A stretch of DNA of 18,432 nt, taken from assembly GCA_013416795.1 (NCBI GenBank), contig RQSC01001393.1:76519-94950 (forward strand), given 5' to 3'. Below, piece after piece: positions 6,989-17,200 of this stretch. The stretch's first letter is position 1. Every line of letters begins with the position of its first letter. A model generated the notes under the pieces. The model saw only the letters and a program-made list of their open reading frames with translations, did no database searches and was not told where the DNA came from. Source of the DNA: Prasinococcaceae sp. CCMP 1430. Its lineage: Eukaryota; Plantae; Prasinodermophyta. A program made the translations under genes and the position numbers.

Positions 6989-8890
6989 CTATTGCATGCC
7001 ATCCATGCCGCGCAGCGCGCCCTGCAGCGCGCCGATCTCGTCGGCCGAGAGAGCCCGCAAAGCGTTGAGCACGCGTTCGCTGCTGGCCGCCGCAGCCGCC
7101 CGCCGCGCGTCCGCGCCGCCCCTCGACCCACTCGGCCCTGGCCTCGCGCTCGCGCTCGCGCCACGAGCCTTCTTGGGCCTCCCCCCATGCGGCTCCTGGC
7201 GCGCGAAGGGCTGCGTAGTGGGCTGGAGCGGGTTGATGTGCAGCTCGCCGTCGGGGAAGATGGATACCTCGTCGAGCGTGAAGTGCTTCTTCGAGACGGC
7301 AAGTGCATCGGGATACGACTGGTCGATGGCGTCCTGGCGGATGGCGCGCTGCAGCGCGTTGAAGTTCGACGCCCCGCGCACGACGAGCCTGTTGCGCTGG
7401 GGCGCACTCACGTTGAGCATCTGGTTCTTCAGCGCGCGCATCTCCTCGTCCTGGCGCGCAGCGCGCTGCGCGGTGGCCACGTACTCGCGCCGCAGTCGCC
7501 CCAGCAGGTTCACCAGCGCCTCGCGCTCGCCGCTGAGCACCTCGCCCGCGCTGCGCAGCTCAGCAACGCGCGCCTTGCCCCACTCGCCCGAGTCTATGAT
7601 CGCCGCCATGCGGCGGTTGTCCTCGTACAGCCGCGCGCTCTCGCCCTCGAGCAACCCCAGACGCCCGCGCGAGGCCTCCATTTCTGCGCGGTTCTTGTCG
7701 TCGCGCAGCCAGATCACGAGCCTCGACCACGCGCCGAATGTCTGCGCGAGCTTCAGATTTCTCATGCGGAGCGTAGCCTTCTTGAGCAGGTTGCGGTAGT
7801 ATATGATGCGATCCACCTGCGCCTTGTAGCCCGAGTACGCCTTGCCAAGCCGGAAGTGGCCCATGCGGCGGATCGCGCGCTGCGCCTTCGCCCTCTTGCG
7901 CTTGCGCTCCTCCACCGCGAAGTGGAAGCCGGCGAACGCCGCCGCGCATGCGCGCATCTGAATCTTCTTGATGCAGCGGTTGACGAGATAGCGCTGGCGC
8001 CGCATCCTGTTGACCGCCGCCATGTAGCCGCGGTAGGCTTTGCCCAGGCGGAAGTTGGCCATCTTGCGCATGGCGGCGGCGCCGCGCGCCTTTCTGGCGA
8101 GCCTTTCCCGAATGATGCTGGCGAAGCCCAGCCACGCCGCCGCGAGTTTGCGCTTCTTGATGCGCAGCACGCACTTGCGGCCGAGCGCCCTCAGCCGACG
8201 CTTCTCGGCCGCGCGGTGCTTGAGCGCGCCGAGCGCGGCGGCCTTCTTGCGGTTTGCCATGCGCTTAAGCGCCTTCCTCAGCAGGCCTTGGCGGCGTCGG
8301 TCCTCCGCCTGCGCGACCGAGTCGAGGCCATCGAGGCGCGCGGCGCGCTCGCGCGCGCTGTCCACCAGCGCCTGCTGCCACGTGTACCAGGCGCGCGCGA
8401 CCTTGCGCCTCCGCATGAAGTTGAGGACCATGCGGAGCTTGGCCTCGGTCTCCTCGTCCTCGTCGGTCTTGAGGTCGACGAGGCTCAGCCACTTGGTGAA
8501 TGCGCGCGCGCTCGTGGCGCGCACGAACTTGGCTGCCGCTCGGAGGAGGAGCCTGCGCCGGCGCGCGTTCTCCTTGAGACCGAGTTTCCAGCGCCGCCAC
8601 GCAATCCACAGCGAGGCGCGCCTCGCACGCGCGAGCTGCCGCTCGAAGTTGTCGCGGTTCTGCTCGAGCGCGACCTGCACCTTGCGCGTCGACGACGCGA
8701 GAGTGGACAGCTGCTGGTAGGCGACGAGCAGCGGCAGCTGGTCGTCCGAGAGGGCCTGCGCCACGCTCAGCTTGGCCGTTTCCGCGTCGAACCTGCCGCT
8801 CCTTGCCGCGCCGCCTGGTGGCGAGCCGCTCGCGTCGCTCGAGTCGTCGCTGCCGGCGCCGCCGCCGCGGTGGCGCCGCGCGGAGCGCAT
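6989..8890 (-). CDS. Basic alpha-helical repeat and coiled-coil protein with Sfi1-like (centrin-binding-type) 33-aa repeats, 633 aa or more
   Basis: Repeats of the form xxRMxNx+LxxA[FWY]xx[WFY]. End aromatics counted at W101, W134, W171, L223, F256, Y289, F322, Y355 and W388, followed by a coiled coil. ATG at 8890, TAG at 6989. An upstream exon is possible because acidic coding-like sequence (YDSDDEDRA) precedes the ATG. Confidence 0.7.
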   Translation of the reverse strand: MRSARRHRGGGAGSDDSSDASGSPPGGAARSGRFDAETAKLSVAQALSDDQLPLLVAYQQLSTLASSTRKVQVALEQNRDNFERQLARARRASLWIAWRRWKLGLKENARRRRLLLRAAAKFVRATSARAFTKWLSLVDLKTDEDEETEAKLRMVLNFMRRRKVARAWYTWQQALVDSARERAARLDGLDSVAQAEDRRRQGLLRKALKRMANRKKAAALGALKHRAAEKRRLRALGRKCVLRIKKRKLAAAWLGFASIIRERLARKARGAAAMRKMANFRLGKAYRGYMAAVNRMRRQRYLVNRCIKKIQMRACAAAFAGFHFAVEERKRKRAKAQRAIRRMGHFRLGKAYSGYKAQVDRIIYYRNLLKKATLRMRNLKLAQTFGAWSRLVIWLRDDKNRAEMEASRGRLGLLEGESARLYEDNRRMAAIIDSGEWGKARVAELRSAGEVLSGEREALVNLLGRLRREYVATAQRAARQDEEMRALKNQMLNVSAPQRNRLVVRGASNFNALQRAIRQDAIDQSYPDALAVSKKHFTLDEVSIFPDGELHINPLQPTTQPFARQEPHGGRPKKARGASASARPGPSGSRGGADARRAAAAASSERVLNALRALSADEIGALQGALRGMDGMQ

Positions 8891-9270
8891 GGCGCGATCC
8901 TCGTCGTCCGAGTCGTAGCGCGCCAGGAACGGCGCCGACGCGCGCGCAAAAAAAAAAAGGACGCATGCAGGTCACGACGCATTGCGCACCGCCAACAGCA
9001 AACTCCGCGGCGGCGTGCGCTTTGACCTGCGCGCGGCGTTGACCGGTTCGAACCCGCGCGCCGCCAAAAAAAAAAAAAAAGGCCGGGAGGCGTCCAACGG
9101 GCACCAAACGGAACCAAATCCTCATGCGTCGCGGATCACCAAAACCGGAACCCATAGTCTTCATCAATGTGCATCTGTATGGAATTATGCGATATTCACT
9201 TTTATTTTGATCTATGGAATCCATATCACCGCGCGTTGGTGGGTTCCGCGTCCCGCGCGCGCACGTCTTT

Positions 9271-9312
9271 CTTTTTCTTTTTCTTTTTCTTTTTCTTTTT
9301 CTTTTTCTTTTT
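9271..9312 (+). repeat. (CTTTTT)7 microsatellite
   Basis: Direct read. Lies in the divergent intergenic region, near A11 (8948-8958), A15 (9066-9080) and A11 (9372-9382) tracts. Confidence 0.95.
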
Positions 9313-9728
9313 TCCGTTTCGTTTTTGCGTGCCGGTTGATGGTCCCGCCGCCCGCGGCGGCGGCGGCCCCGAAAAAAAAAAATCGCCGCGCGCGCGGCGG
9401 CGGCGCCCCAACCGACCCGCGCGCGCGCTCCGACCGCCCCCAACCCCAACCCTCTCCGCTGATTTTCCTCATCACATGTCATTCATGAGAACGCTACAGC
9501 AAACCCTGGTATTGAATGACCTGAAGTGCGGATTCGCCCCGCCGGGTGCGCCCCCGATAAAAATCTGCGGCGGCTGGGCGCCACACTGGCGCCCCTCGGC
9601 CTGCCCCCCCGCGCCTCCACCCGCCCCGCCGGCCGTCCCGCCCGCCACACCCGAGGCGCACGCGCGCGCTCGCGCACCGCGCAGCCCTATCCGTCGCGCG
9701 CGTGCGTGCGAGCGTTCCGCCGGCGGCC

Positions 9729-10761
9729 ATGTCGACGACGAGCCAGAAGTCGGGCGTGTGGAGCACCGTGAAGCCGTTTGTCAACGGCGGCGCGAGCGGC
9801 ATGATCGCGACGTGCTGCATCCAGCCGTTGGACATCGTCAAGGTGCGCATCCAGCTCGGCCAGACGGGCGGGCCGTTCGGCATCGCGAGCAACATCATCG
9901 CCAAGGAGGGCTTCGGCGCGCTGTACAAGGGTCTCAGCGCGGGCCTGCTGCGCCAGGCGTCGTACACCACGGCGCGCATGGGCCTATTCACCACCATCAG
10001 CGACGAGCTCAAGAAGCGCAACGACGGCAAGGCGCTGCCGCTGTACCAGAAGGCGTTCGCTGGCCTCGCCGCGGGCGGCCTTGGTGCCATGATCGGCTCG
10101 CCCGCCGATCTGTCGCTCATCCGCATGCAGGCGGACGGCACCCTGCCGCCAGAGCAGCGCCGCAACTACAAGCACGTCGGCGACGCGCTCGTGCGCACGG
10201 TCAAGGAGGAGGGCGTCGGCGGCCTGTTCGCGGGTGCGGGCACCACCGCCGTGCGCGCGATGGCCCTCAACATGGGCATGCTTGCGTCGAACGACCAGGC
10301 CAAGGAGATGCTCACCGACGCCGGTATCACCGGCATGCAGCGCACGCTGGGCGCGTCGGCCATCGCCGGCTTCCTCGCCTCGTTCATGTCGCTGCCCTTT
10401 GACTTCGTCAAGACACAGCTGCAGAAGCAGCAGCCTCTCCCCGACGGGACCATGCCGTACAAGGGCATGGCTGACTGCTTCGCCAAGACTGTCGCTGAGG
10501 GCGGTCCGCTCAAGCTCTGGACCGGCTTCCCCACCTATTATGTCCGCATCGCCCCGCACGCAATGATTGTACGTCGCGCGCGACAGCGCGCGGCCGCGGC
10601 GCTGCGACGCTGGCGCAGTGCGAGCGCCGCGGCCTCCTTGCTGCGCCCAGCTGCCTGGCGCTCGCGGCTCGCTGACGCAGCGCTGCGTGCGCGCCCCGCG
10701 ACCCCAGACTCTGATCGCGCTGGACCTGATCAAGGAGACCCAGAAGAGCATCGGCATGTAA
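9729..10761 (+). CDS. DTC: Mitochondrial dicarboxylate/tricarboxylate carrier (SLC25, 2-oxoglutarate/malate type), 297 aa; exons 9729-10568 and 10708-10761
   Basis: VKPFVNGGASGM, carrier signatures PLDIVKVR, PADLSLIR and PFDFVKTQ, and GLSAGLLRQASYTTAR. The intron GTACGT...CAG (139 nt, CTGAC at 10672) gives RIAPHAMI|TLIALDLIKETQKSIGM*, matching the plant DTC C-terminus as recalled. Confidence 0.93.
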
Positions 10762-10941
10762 TCGGCGCGGAGGCGAGCGAGAGCACCCCAGGCACGCGTG
10801 CGCGAGCATGCCCATTTTTTGGCAGGGCGGCAATTGATCGTCATAGATAACTCAACATATTCCATTCGTTTGGGTCGGCGAGCACCACACCGCTCGACTC
10901 GCCACGTTCTAGAGCTCCTGGAAGCTTAGTCCGCACGCCGT

Positions 10942-13564
10942 TCACGCCGCCTCCTTGAGAGCGGTCATGTACTCCCCAAGGGCCCACAGAGGGAAGATGT
11001 TCCTGTACTGCGCGTAGGTGATCATGCTGCGAGATCCGCGCGGGCGCGCCCGTCAGCGGCGAGCGAGCGGGCGCGGGCGCGACAGCGCGAGTAAGCACGC
11101 TCAGCGACACCAGAGCGCGCTGCGGGCTCGCACCAGTTGCGGTTGAACACGCCCATGATGGACTGTTGTGGCCAGTCGCCCGAGGGCAGCTGCAGACCCA
11201 TCAGCACCTTCGCCGCGCGGTGCATCGGTGCCGCATCGCGTTTCATCTGGCCGCACGCAATCAGCGCCAGCATCACCCATGCTGTGTTGACGATGTGCGC
11301 GTAGTCCAGGCTCGAGTACACCTTATCCTGGCAGCTGAGATACGACTCGCCCCAGCCGCCCTCGGGCAGCTCCTTGGACAGCAGGAAGTCAGTCGCCTTG
11401 CGGATTGCCGCACAGCTCTCGTATGTTTCGCCCGCGGCGAGCAGGCCTTTGATGCCGAACCAACCCGCGTAGGTGAAGCACACGCCCCAGCTGCCGTACC
11501 AAGACCCGTCGGGGCGCTGGATGGACAGGAGGAAGTCCTTACCGCGGGCGATGGCGCGGTCGATCTCGGCACGGCGCACGCCAGGGTGCTGCTCGCGAAA
11601 GGCCGCGAGCGCCGTCATGCACGCCGACGAGCACTCGACGTAGTCGTAGTCGATCATGATGTCGCCGAAGGTCTCCGCTGGATTGAAAAACTCCACCCAC
11701 GGGTAGGAGCGCGTGTTTTCGTACGTGGCGAAGCCGCCGGTGCCGTTCTGGTACGACAAGATGATGTCCACGCACTCCGCCAGGCGCGCGGGGCTAATTG
11801 ACTCGCCGACGAGCTCGGAAGGCAGCTTGGCTAGCGTGAGCGCCGCCTTGAGGCCCTCCGACGAGCAGTCGGAGATGGGCCAGCCGTGGTCCTGCGTGGA
11901 GAACGGCCACGCGCCCTTGCTCTTGTGGCGATACCAGTCGCCGAGCTCGCCGAAGGCCTCCACCCGCACCTGCGAGCGGTCGATGTAATCGTGCGCCGCG
12001 CGCAGATACGGGGCAAAATTGTCGAGGCACTCAGGCCCCGCCGCCGCGAGCGCCTGCACCGCGAACGAAGTGTCCCACAGCTGGGACCCGTTGTATCCTT
12101 GCATCTTCATGCCGTCCTCGGCGACCCATAGGTAGTCCGGCACGCGAGCCTTGTGCCTCCGGAACGCCAGGCTGTTGGGGTCCTCGATGTAGCAGCAGAG
12201 CATGTTGATCACCTTCGTAGACGTGGCCAGCACGTGTCAGCGCAGTGAGTGCGCGCGCACACGCGCGCGCGCGCACGCACACGGCCACCACACGCACTCG
12301 CACACGCTGTTGGGCGCTCTATCCTACCTTGTTCACTGGCCCGATGTCGATGTAGCGGGTGTTCTCGTCCTCGTAATGCACGTGCTTCATCGCCTCCGCC
12401 AGCGCGCGCTTGCGCATCCAGTGAAGGCAACCACCAGGCAGCAGCAATGGCTCCGAGCGGTGGAGTGCCCACCACACGAGGTCCTGCACGAAGGGGTGCG
12501 GGTAGTACAGGTCTTCGCTTGCGCACGCCGAGCGCGCGGCGTCCCAGTCGACCGCCCCGTACCCGCCAAGCGAGGCGTAGAGCTCCTCCTTGAGCTGATC
12601 GGTAACCTCGCTCCGCGGGGCGACGAAGCGCTTGCCGTAGACGTAGCTCATCGGCAAGTAGACCATGCGGCAATGGCACCAGAAGCGGCCTGGGTGCATG
12701 GGGTTGAGCGTGTACGGCAGGCACCACATCTCGGGCGGCATGGGGTTGAGCCCCTCCCACTCATACACGCCCAGCAGTGCCAGCCAAAACTTGCCCCACG
12801 ATGGCGTGCCCACCACGCCGCACTCGCGCGCGCCAATCCACTCCAGCGCGGCGCGGCACGCGTCGTCCGAGCGGGGCGCCCCCAGTAGCCGCATGCTGAC
12901 GTACGACAGCACCGTGCCGAACATGGTGGAATGGCCCTCGATGTGAAGGCCGTACCCGCCGTCCTCGTTCTGGTGATTGCGCAGGTACCGCAGCATCTCT
13001 GCGCGGTGCGTGGCGGGCAGCACTTCGTCCATGCAGCCAACCGCGTGGCACGTTATTACGAGCCCCGGCAGCAGGAACATGGGGCCGCCGTAGTCGCCAG
13101 GCCTGAGGGCGCGGCAGGGGGGCGTGCGAGCGAGCACGCCGGCGGTCAGCGCGCGAAAGAGGGCGGCTGCCGGCGCCGCTACGGACGAGCGCTGCTCGCG
13201 CGCGCGCGCACCAGTGGCCGTCTTCGTCCTGCAGCGTGCCGAAGAACGCGGCACCGTGCTCGATGCTACGCATGGCCTCCGCCGCCGGGCCCGATCCGCG
13301 CAGCTTGGGCGCCTTTGGCGGCGGCGCGCCCTTTGCGCGCTGCAGGCGCATGAGCTCGTCGGCTGAGTGCTTCACCTCGTGCCGCCTGTCAGTAAACGCC
13401 TTTCGCGCGGCCTCCGCGGCGGCGCGCTCCTCGGGCGTGCCCGCGTCGGCGTCCCAGACCCACACCTGCCGCCCCACGTGTGCGTTCATCGTGACGAGCG
13501 CGCCGTCCGCATCGCCCTCGTCGCCGGCGCCCGCGTACGGCGACGCGCACCGCAGGCGCCACAT
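10942..13564 (-). CDS. CAS1: 2,3-oxidosqualene cyclase, cycloartenol synthase type, 763 aa; exons 13564-13212, 13102-12328, 12212-11134 and 11026-10942
   Basis: Motifs MWRL, GRQVW, DGHW|[26 protein letters not shown]|[28 protein letters not shown] repeats ([19 protein letters not shown]) and FNRNC|[19 protein letters not shown]. The three GT-AG introns (109, 115, 107 nt) each have CTGAC. The total of 2292 nt is in frame. Confidence 0.96.
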
Positions 13565-14209
13565 CGCCGCGCGCAAGCGAGCCCCGCGACTTCGCCTACG
13601 GGAACGATGCGCAAGCGCCGGCGCCCGACCCCGACGCGAACGCGCCCCCATCAAAATGCATCCATCGGTGCGATGATGTCTCCCGTGGTTACAATGTACT
13701 TAATCCTGAATGTGCGATGCTTTCAGATTCGGATTGCGCCGTCGGAACGCGTGCGAACAGGCGCGATCGATTGTAGGGTCTGCGCTTGACCGGGTCCGAG
13801 TGCCCACGCGTCCAACTGTGATGTGTTTTGAACCTCACGGAGATCGGAGGTTCGGGTTCGCGTGGGGTTGAGTAAGGGTTTCGATGTGGTGACCGCACGT
13901 CGATTTGTACCTTTCAAAACGCGTTCCCCCGCGCTGCCGCGGCGCTGCGGGCAGGCGCGGGGGCACGGGGCGGCACAGGGCGCCCAGGCGTGGGCGCATG
14001 AGCGCGGGAGGGGGGTGGGTGGGTGTGGGGGGGCTGATCCTCTCCTTCAGCACGCCCTCACTCCCTCGCGCAAGCGCGCCGACCTTGTTGGACGCGAGCC
14101 TAGCGCGCGCTGGCGGGTGCGGGGCGAGGCGGCTCGAGACCGGGAGGAGGCGCCGGTGCAGCGGCGAGAGTGCGCCGGTGCGCCCGCGGGCGGCTGCAAG
14201 GTTCCCTCC

Positions 14210-17200
14210 ATGGGCCGCGAGGAGGACGAGGTCCACAACCCGCGACACATCGCCGTGGAGATCAAATCCGCGAGGGTCGCCTCAACGCCTGGCACAGATG
14301 TGGGCGCGTCCGGTGCGACCCAGACGCCGGGCAATGCGAATCCCGACGCGACTGCGGCGGGCCATCATGGCCCCACGCCCTACCTCACAAGCTTGAAGAT
14401 GAGGTCGATGAGCGCCTTCTTTGGCAGCGCAGCCGAGGCGAACCTCGACGCCAGCGAGGATGATGGCGACTACGACGACTTGGCGCGACAGAACTACGCG
14501 TCCGAAGCGCGCTGGAGCGACAGCAGCGGTGCGAGCGAGCGTGTGACAAACGGCCTCGCAAGTCCGGTGAGCGCAGAGGTGAGGGAGCGGCGCTCCTCGG
14601 CAATCGAGCTCTTCTCCACTGGAGAGGGCGGCGCGCAGAAGGAGGACGGAGGCGGCGGGGCAGACCTGCTCGGCACGATGATGGGAGTGTTCGTTCCTTG
14701 TCTCCAAAACATACTCGGCGTCATCCTGTGCGTGCGCGCGAGCGCTCGCCTCAGCGTGCGCGTGGACGCGCGCGTGCATGCGAGCACACGTGCGGGCGTG
14801 TGCCGACTACCGAGGGTGCTAACAACTTTCGCGCGGGCCTGCAGCTTCATTCGCCTTTCGTGGATCGTGGGCCAGGCGGGTGTGGGCCTGTCGCTCGTCA
14901 TCGTCTTAATGTGCTGCGCGTGCACCACGCTGACGGGGCTCAGTCTGAGCGCGGTGGCAACCAACGGCATTGTCAAAGGTGGCGGGCCGTACTTCCTCAT
15001 CAGCCGCACATTGGGCCCCGAGGTCGGTGTGTCCATCGGCATCTGCTTCTACCTGGGCACATCGGTGGCGGCGTCAATGTATATCCTAGGGGCCGTCGAG
15101 ACGCTGCTGGACCTTGCACCAGGCATGCGTTTCGCCTCGGCCGGCGAGCCAACGGTCGACGCCAATGAGTTGCGCGCGTACGGTGCGGCGACGCTCGTGC
15201 TACTCGTGAGCATTGTCCTGTGCGGCGTGAAGTACATAGCACGCGCGGGCCCTTTGTTTCTCGTGCCCGTTTTGGTGTCGGTGCTTTTCATCTACATCGG
15301 CGTGCTCGCCAGCGGTGAGCGCTCGGGCCTGCCTGAGGGCGCTGGCATCTCGACGCAGAACCTGCGGGACAACTGGTCCTTCCCGAGCTACGTGCGCACC
15401 ACCAGCGCAGGCGAGCCGGTCGTGCCCGCCGAGGGAGACGACGAGGCCATCGGCGGCGTGCTGTGGCACTTCAACGCGCTCCTTGCGCTCTTCTTCCCGA
15501 GCGTGACTGGCATCATGGCCGGCTCGAACCGCTCGGCGGTCCTTAGGGACGCGCAGAGATCCATCCCAGTCGGCACGCTCTCGGCCATCGGCATCACCAC
15601 CGCGGTGTACGTGATCGCGGTGGTGCTTTACGGCGCTAGTGCGGACAGGGAGCTCCTGCTGGGCGAGCGATTGCTCTCGGCGAAGATCTCGTGGCCCGAT
15701 AGCACACTGGTGAGCGTGGGGATCACCCTTTCGACCATAGGCGCGGGTCTGCAGAGCCTCATGGGGGCGCCGCGACTGCTTCAGGCCATGGCCGAAGACG
15801 ACCTCATTCCCATTTTCAAATACATCAAGGCGAAGGAGGGGGAGGACCCTACTCGGTGCCTCGCCCTGACCGCAGTAGTGGCGCTGGGCTGCGTGATGGC
15901 TGCCAATCTCGACATCATCACCCCTGCCATCACCATGTTCTTTCTGATGTGCTACGCGGGCGTCAACATGAGCTGCTTCTTGCTTGGATTCCTGCGCACG
16001 CCCAATTGGCGGCCGCGCTGGAAGTACCACCATTGGACGATCTCCCTGCTAGGCGCCGCGCTGTGCCTGGTCATCATGTTCATGATATCATACATCTTCA
16101 CATTCGCCGCCTTGGTGGCTGCGGGGCTCGTCTTCTGGTACGTGGGGTCGCGACAGCACGGCCTTAACATGGGTGATGGCCTCAAAAGCGTGCGCTTCGA
16201 GCTTGCGCTGGGCTCCATCAAGGCACTGGGCCACGAGCAGATGCACCCGAAGAACTGGTACCCCAGCCCGCTCGTGCTATGCAAACCGTGGGGCTTGCTG
16301 GCCGACGACGTGCCCTGCCACCCTCGCCTGATCTCTTTCGCCAAATACCTCAAGAACAAGGGCCAGGGTCTGCTCATGGTGGTCTCTATCCTCGAGGGAG
16401 ATCTGTCGAAGCGTGCTGACGAGGCGTTCGAAAAGAAGGAGCGCCTCTCGCAGCACATTCAGGAAGCCGAGTGCGATGCATTCTCGGACGTGATCGTGGC
16501 CCAGTCGGTACGCGAAGGCTTCCGCTCGCTCATTCAGAGCGCGGGCGTCGGCAATCTGCGGCCGAATCTCATAGTCATGCGGTATCCCGAGCGATGGGAG
16601 AAGCAGGAGGCCTCAATGAGCGACGGCGGCCTCTTCTCGCCGGGGGCCAATCCGGTGGGCCGTGGCGAGACGCCCGCCGCGAAGACGCTGCGTTCAACGG
16701 ACGAAGGCGCAGGGATGGGGGCGGGGGCAGGCGCTAACGGCGGCCAGTCGCCCGGCCTGGGCGGCCGCAACGGCAGTTTCACACTATCGCGGAGATCTTC
16801 ACGCCGCCGGCGCAGGTCGAGCAGCGTCGGGATCGCGCCCATCGCCGACCAATTCGTGAGCATCGTCAACGACTGCCACCACGCGGGCAAGGGCGTCGTG
16901 CTCATCCACAATATCGATGCGCTGCCGTCATCAAAGTTCGACAAGGAGCGCACTCGCGAGATCATCCAGAATCAGTCCACAATCGACCTGTAGTACGTCA
17001 TGCGATGGCCGGGCTCGTGCCGCCATCGTCGCTCGCGGCGCCTCTCTCCGCTCGATGTTTTCAGGCTGCGCTGCCTCCCTGCGCAGTGCACGTGTGCGCT
17101 CCAGTCAGTGGGCTGTGCGGGCGCCGCCACGTCTCTGACGCTCTCTCCCGCGCCTCGTGACTCACCAGCTGGCTCGTCCGCGATGGCGGCCTCATGCTGC

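Noticed and set aside
6761-9025. 754-aa + strand ORF and other long antisense or alternative-frame ORFs (150..1415, 2182..3519, 4817..6214, 9167..10402)
   Set aside because: These are shadow ORFs of real genes in very GC-rich DNA. They are Arg/Ala/Pro-rich with no motifs, and several start at GTG or TTG.
9045-9055. GGTTCGAACCC, a tRNA T-loop / B-box match
   Set aside because: The T-stem does not pair on either strand and there is no cloverleaf or A-box. At most it is an isolated B-box-like site.
10942-13564. Triterpene biosynthetic gene cluster around the cyclase
   Set aside because: There is no P450, acyltransferase or glycosyltransferase nearby, the neighbours are housekeeping genes, and the residues indicate primary sterol synthesis.
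13670-13709. C/D snoRNA reading (GCGATGA...CTGA)
   Set aside because: The boxes are only about 40 nt apart, with no canonical terminal stem or second D box, and I recognised no rRNA-complementary guide. Kept only as one hypothesis for the shared element.
13862-14209. ORF-track N-terminal extension of CCC1 (and likewise 9702-9728 for DTC and 13565-13654 for CAS)
   Set aside because: The CCC1 and DTC extensions rely on GTG starts, and all three encode UTR-like low-complexity sequence. Family homology points to ATG 14210, 9729 and 13564.
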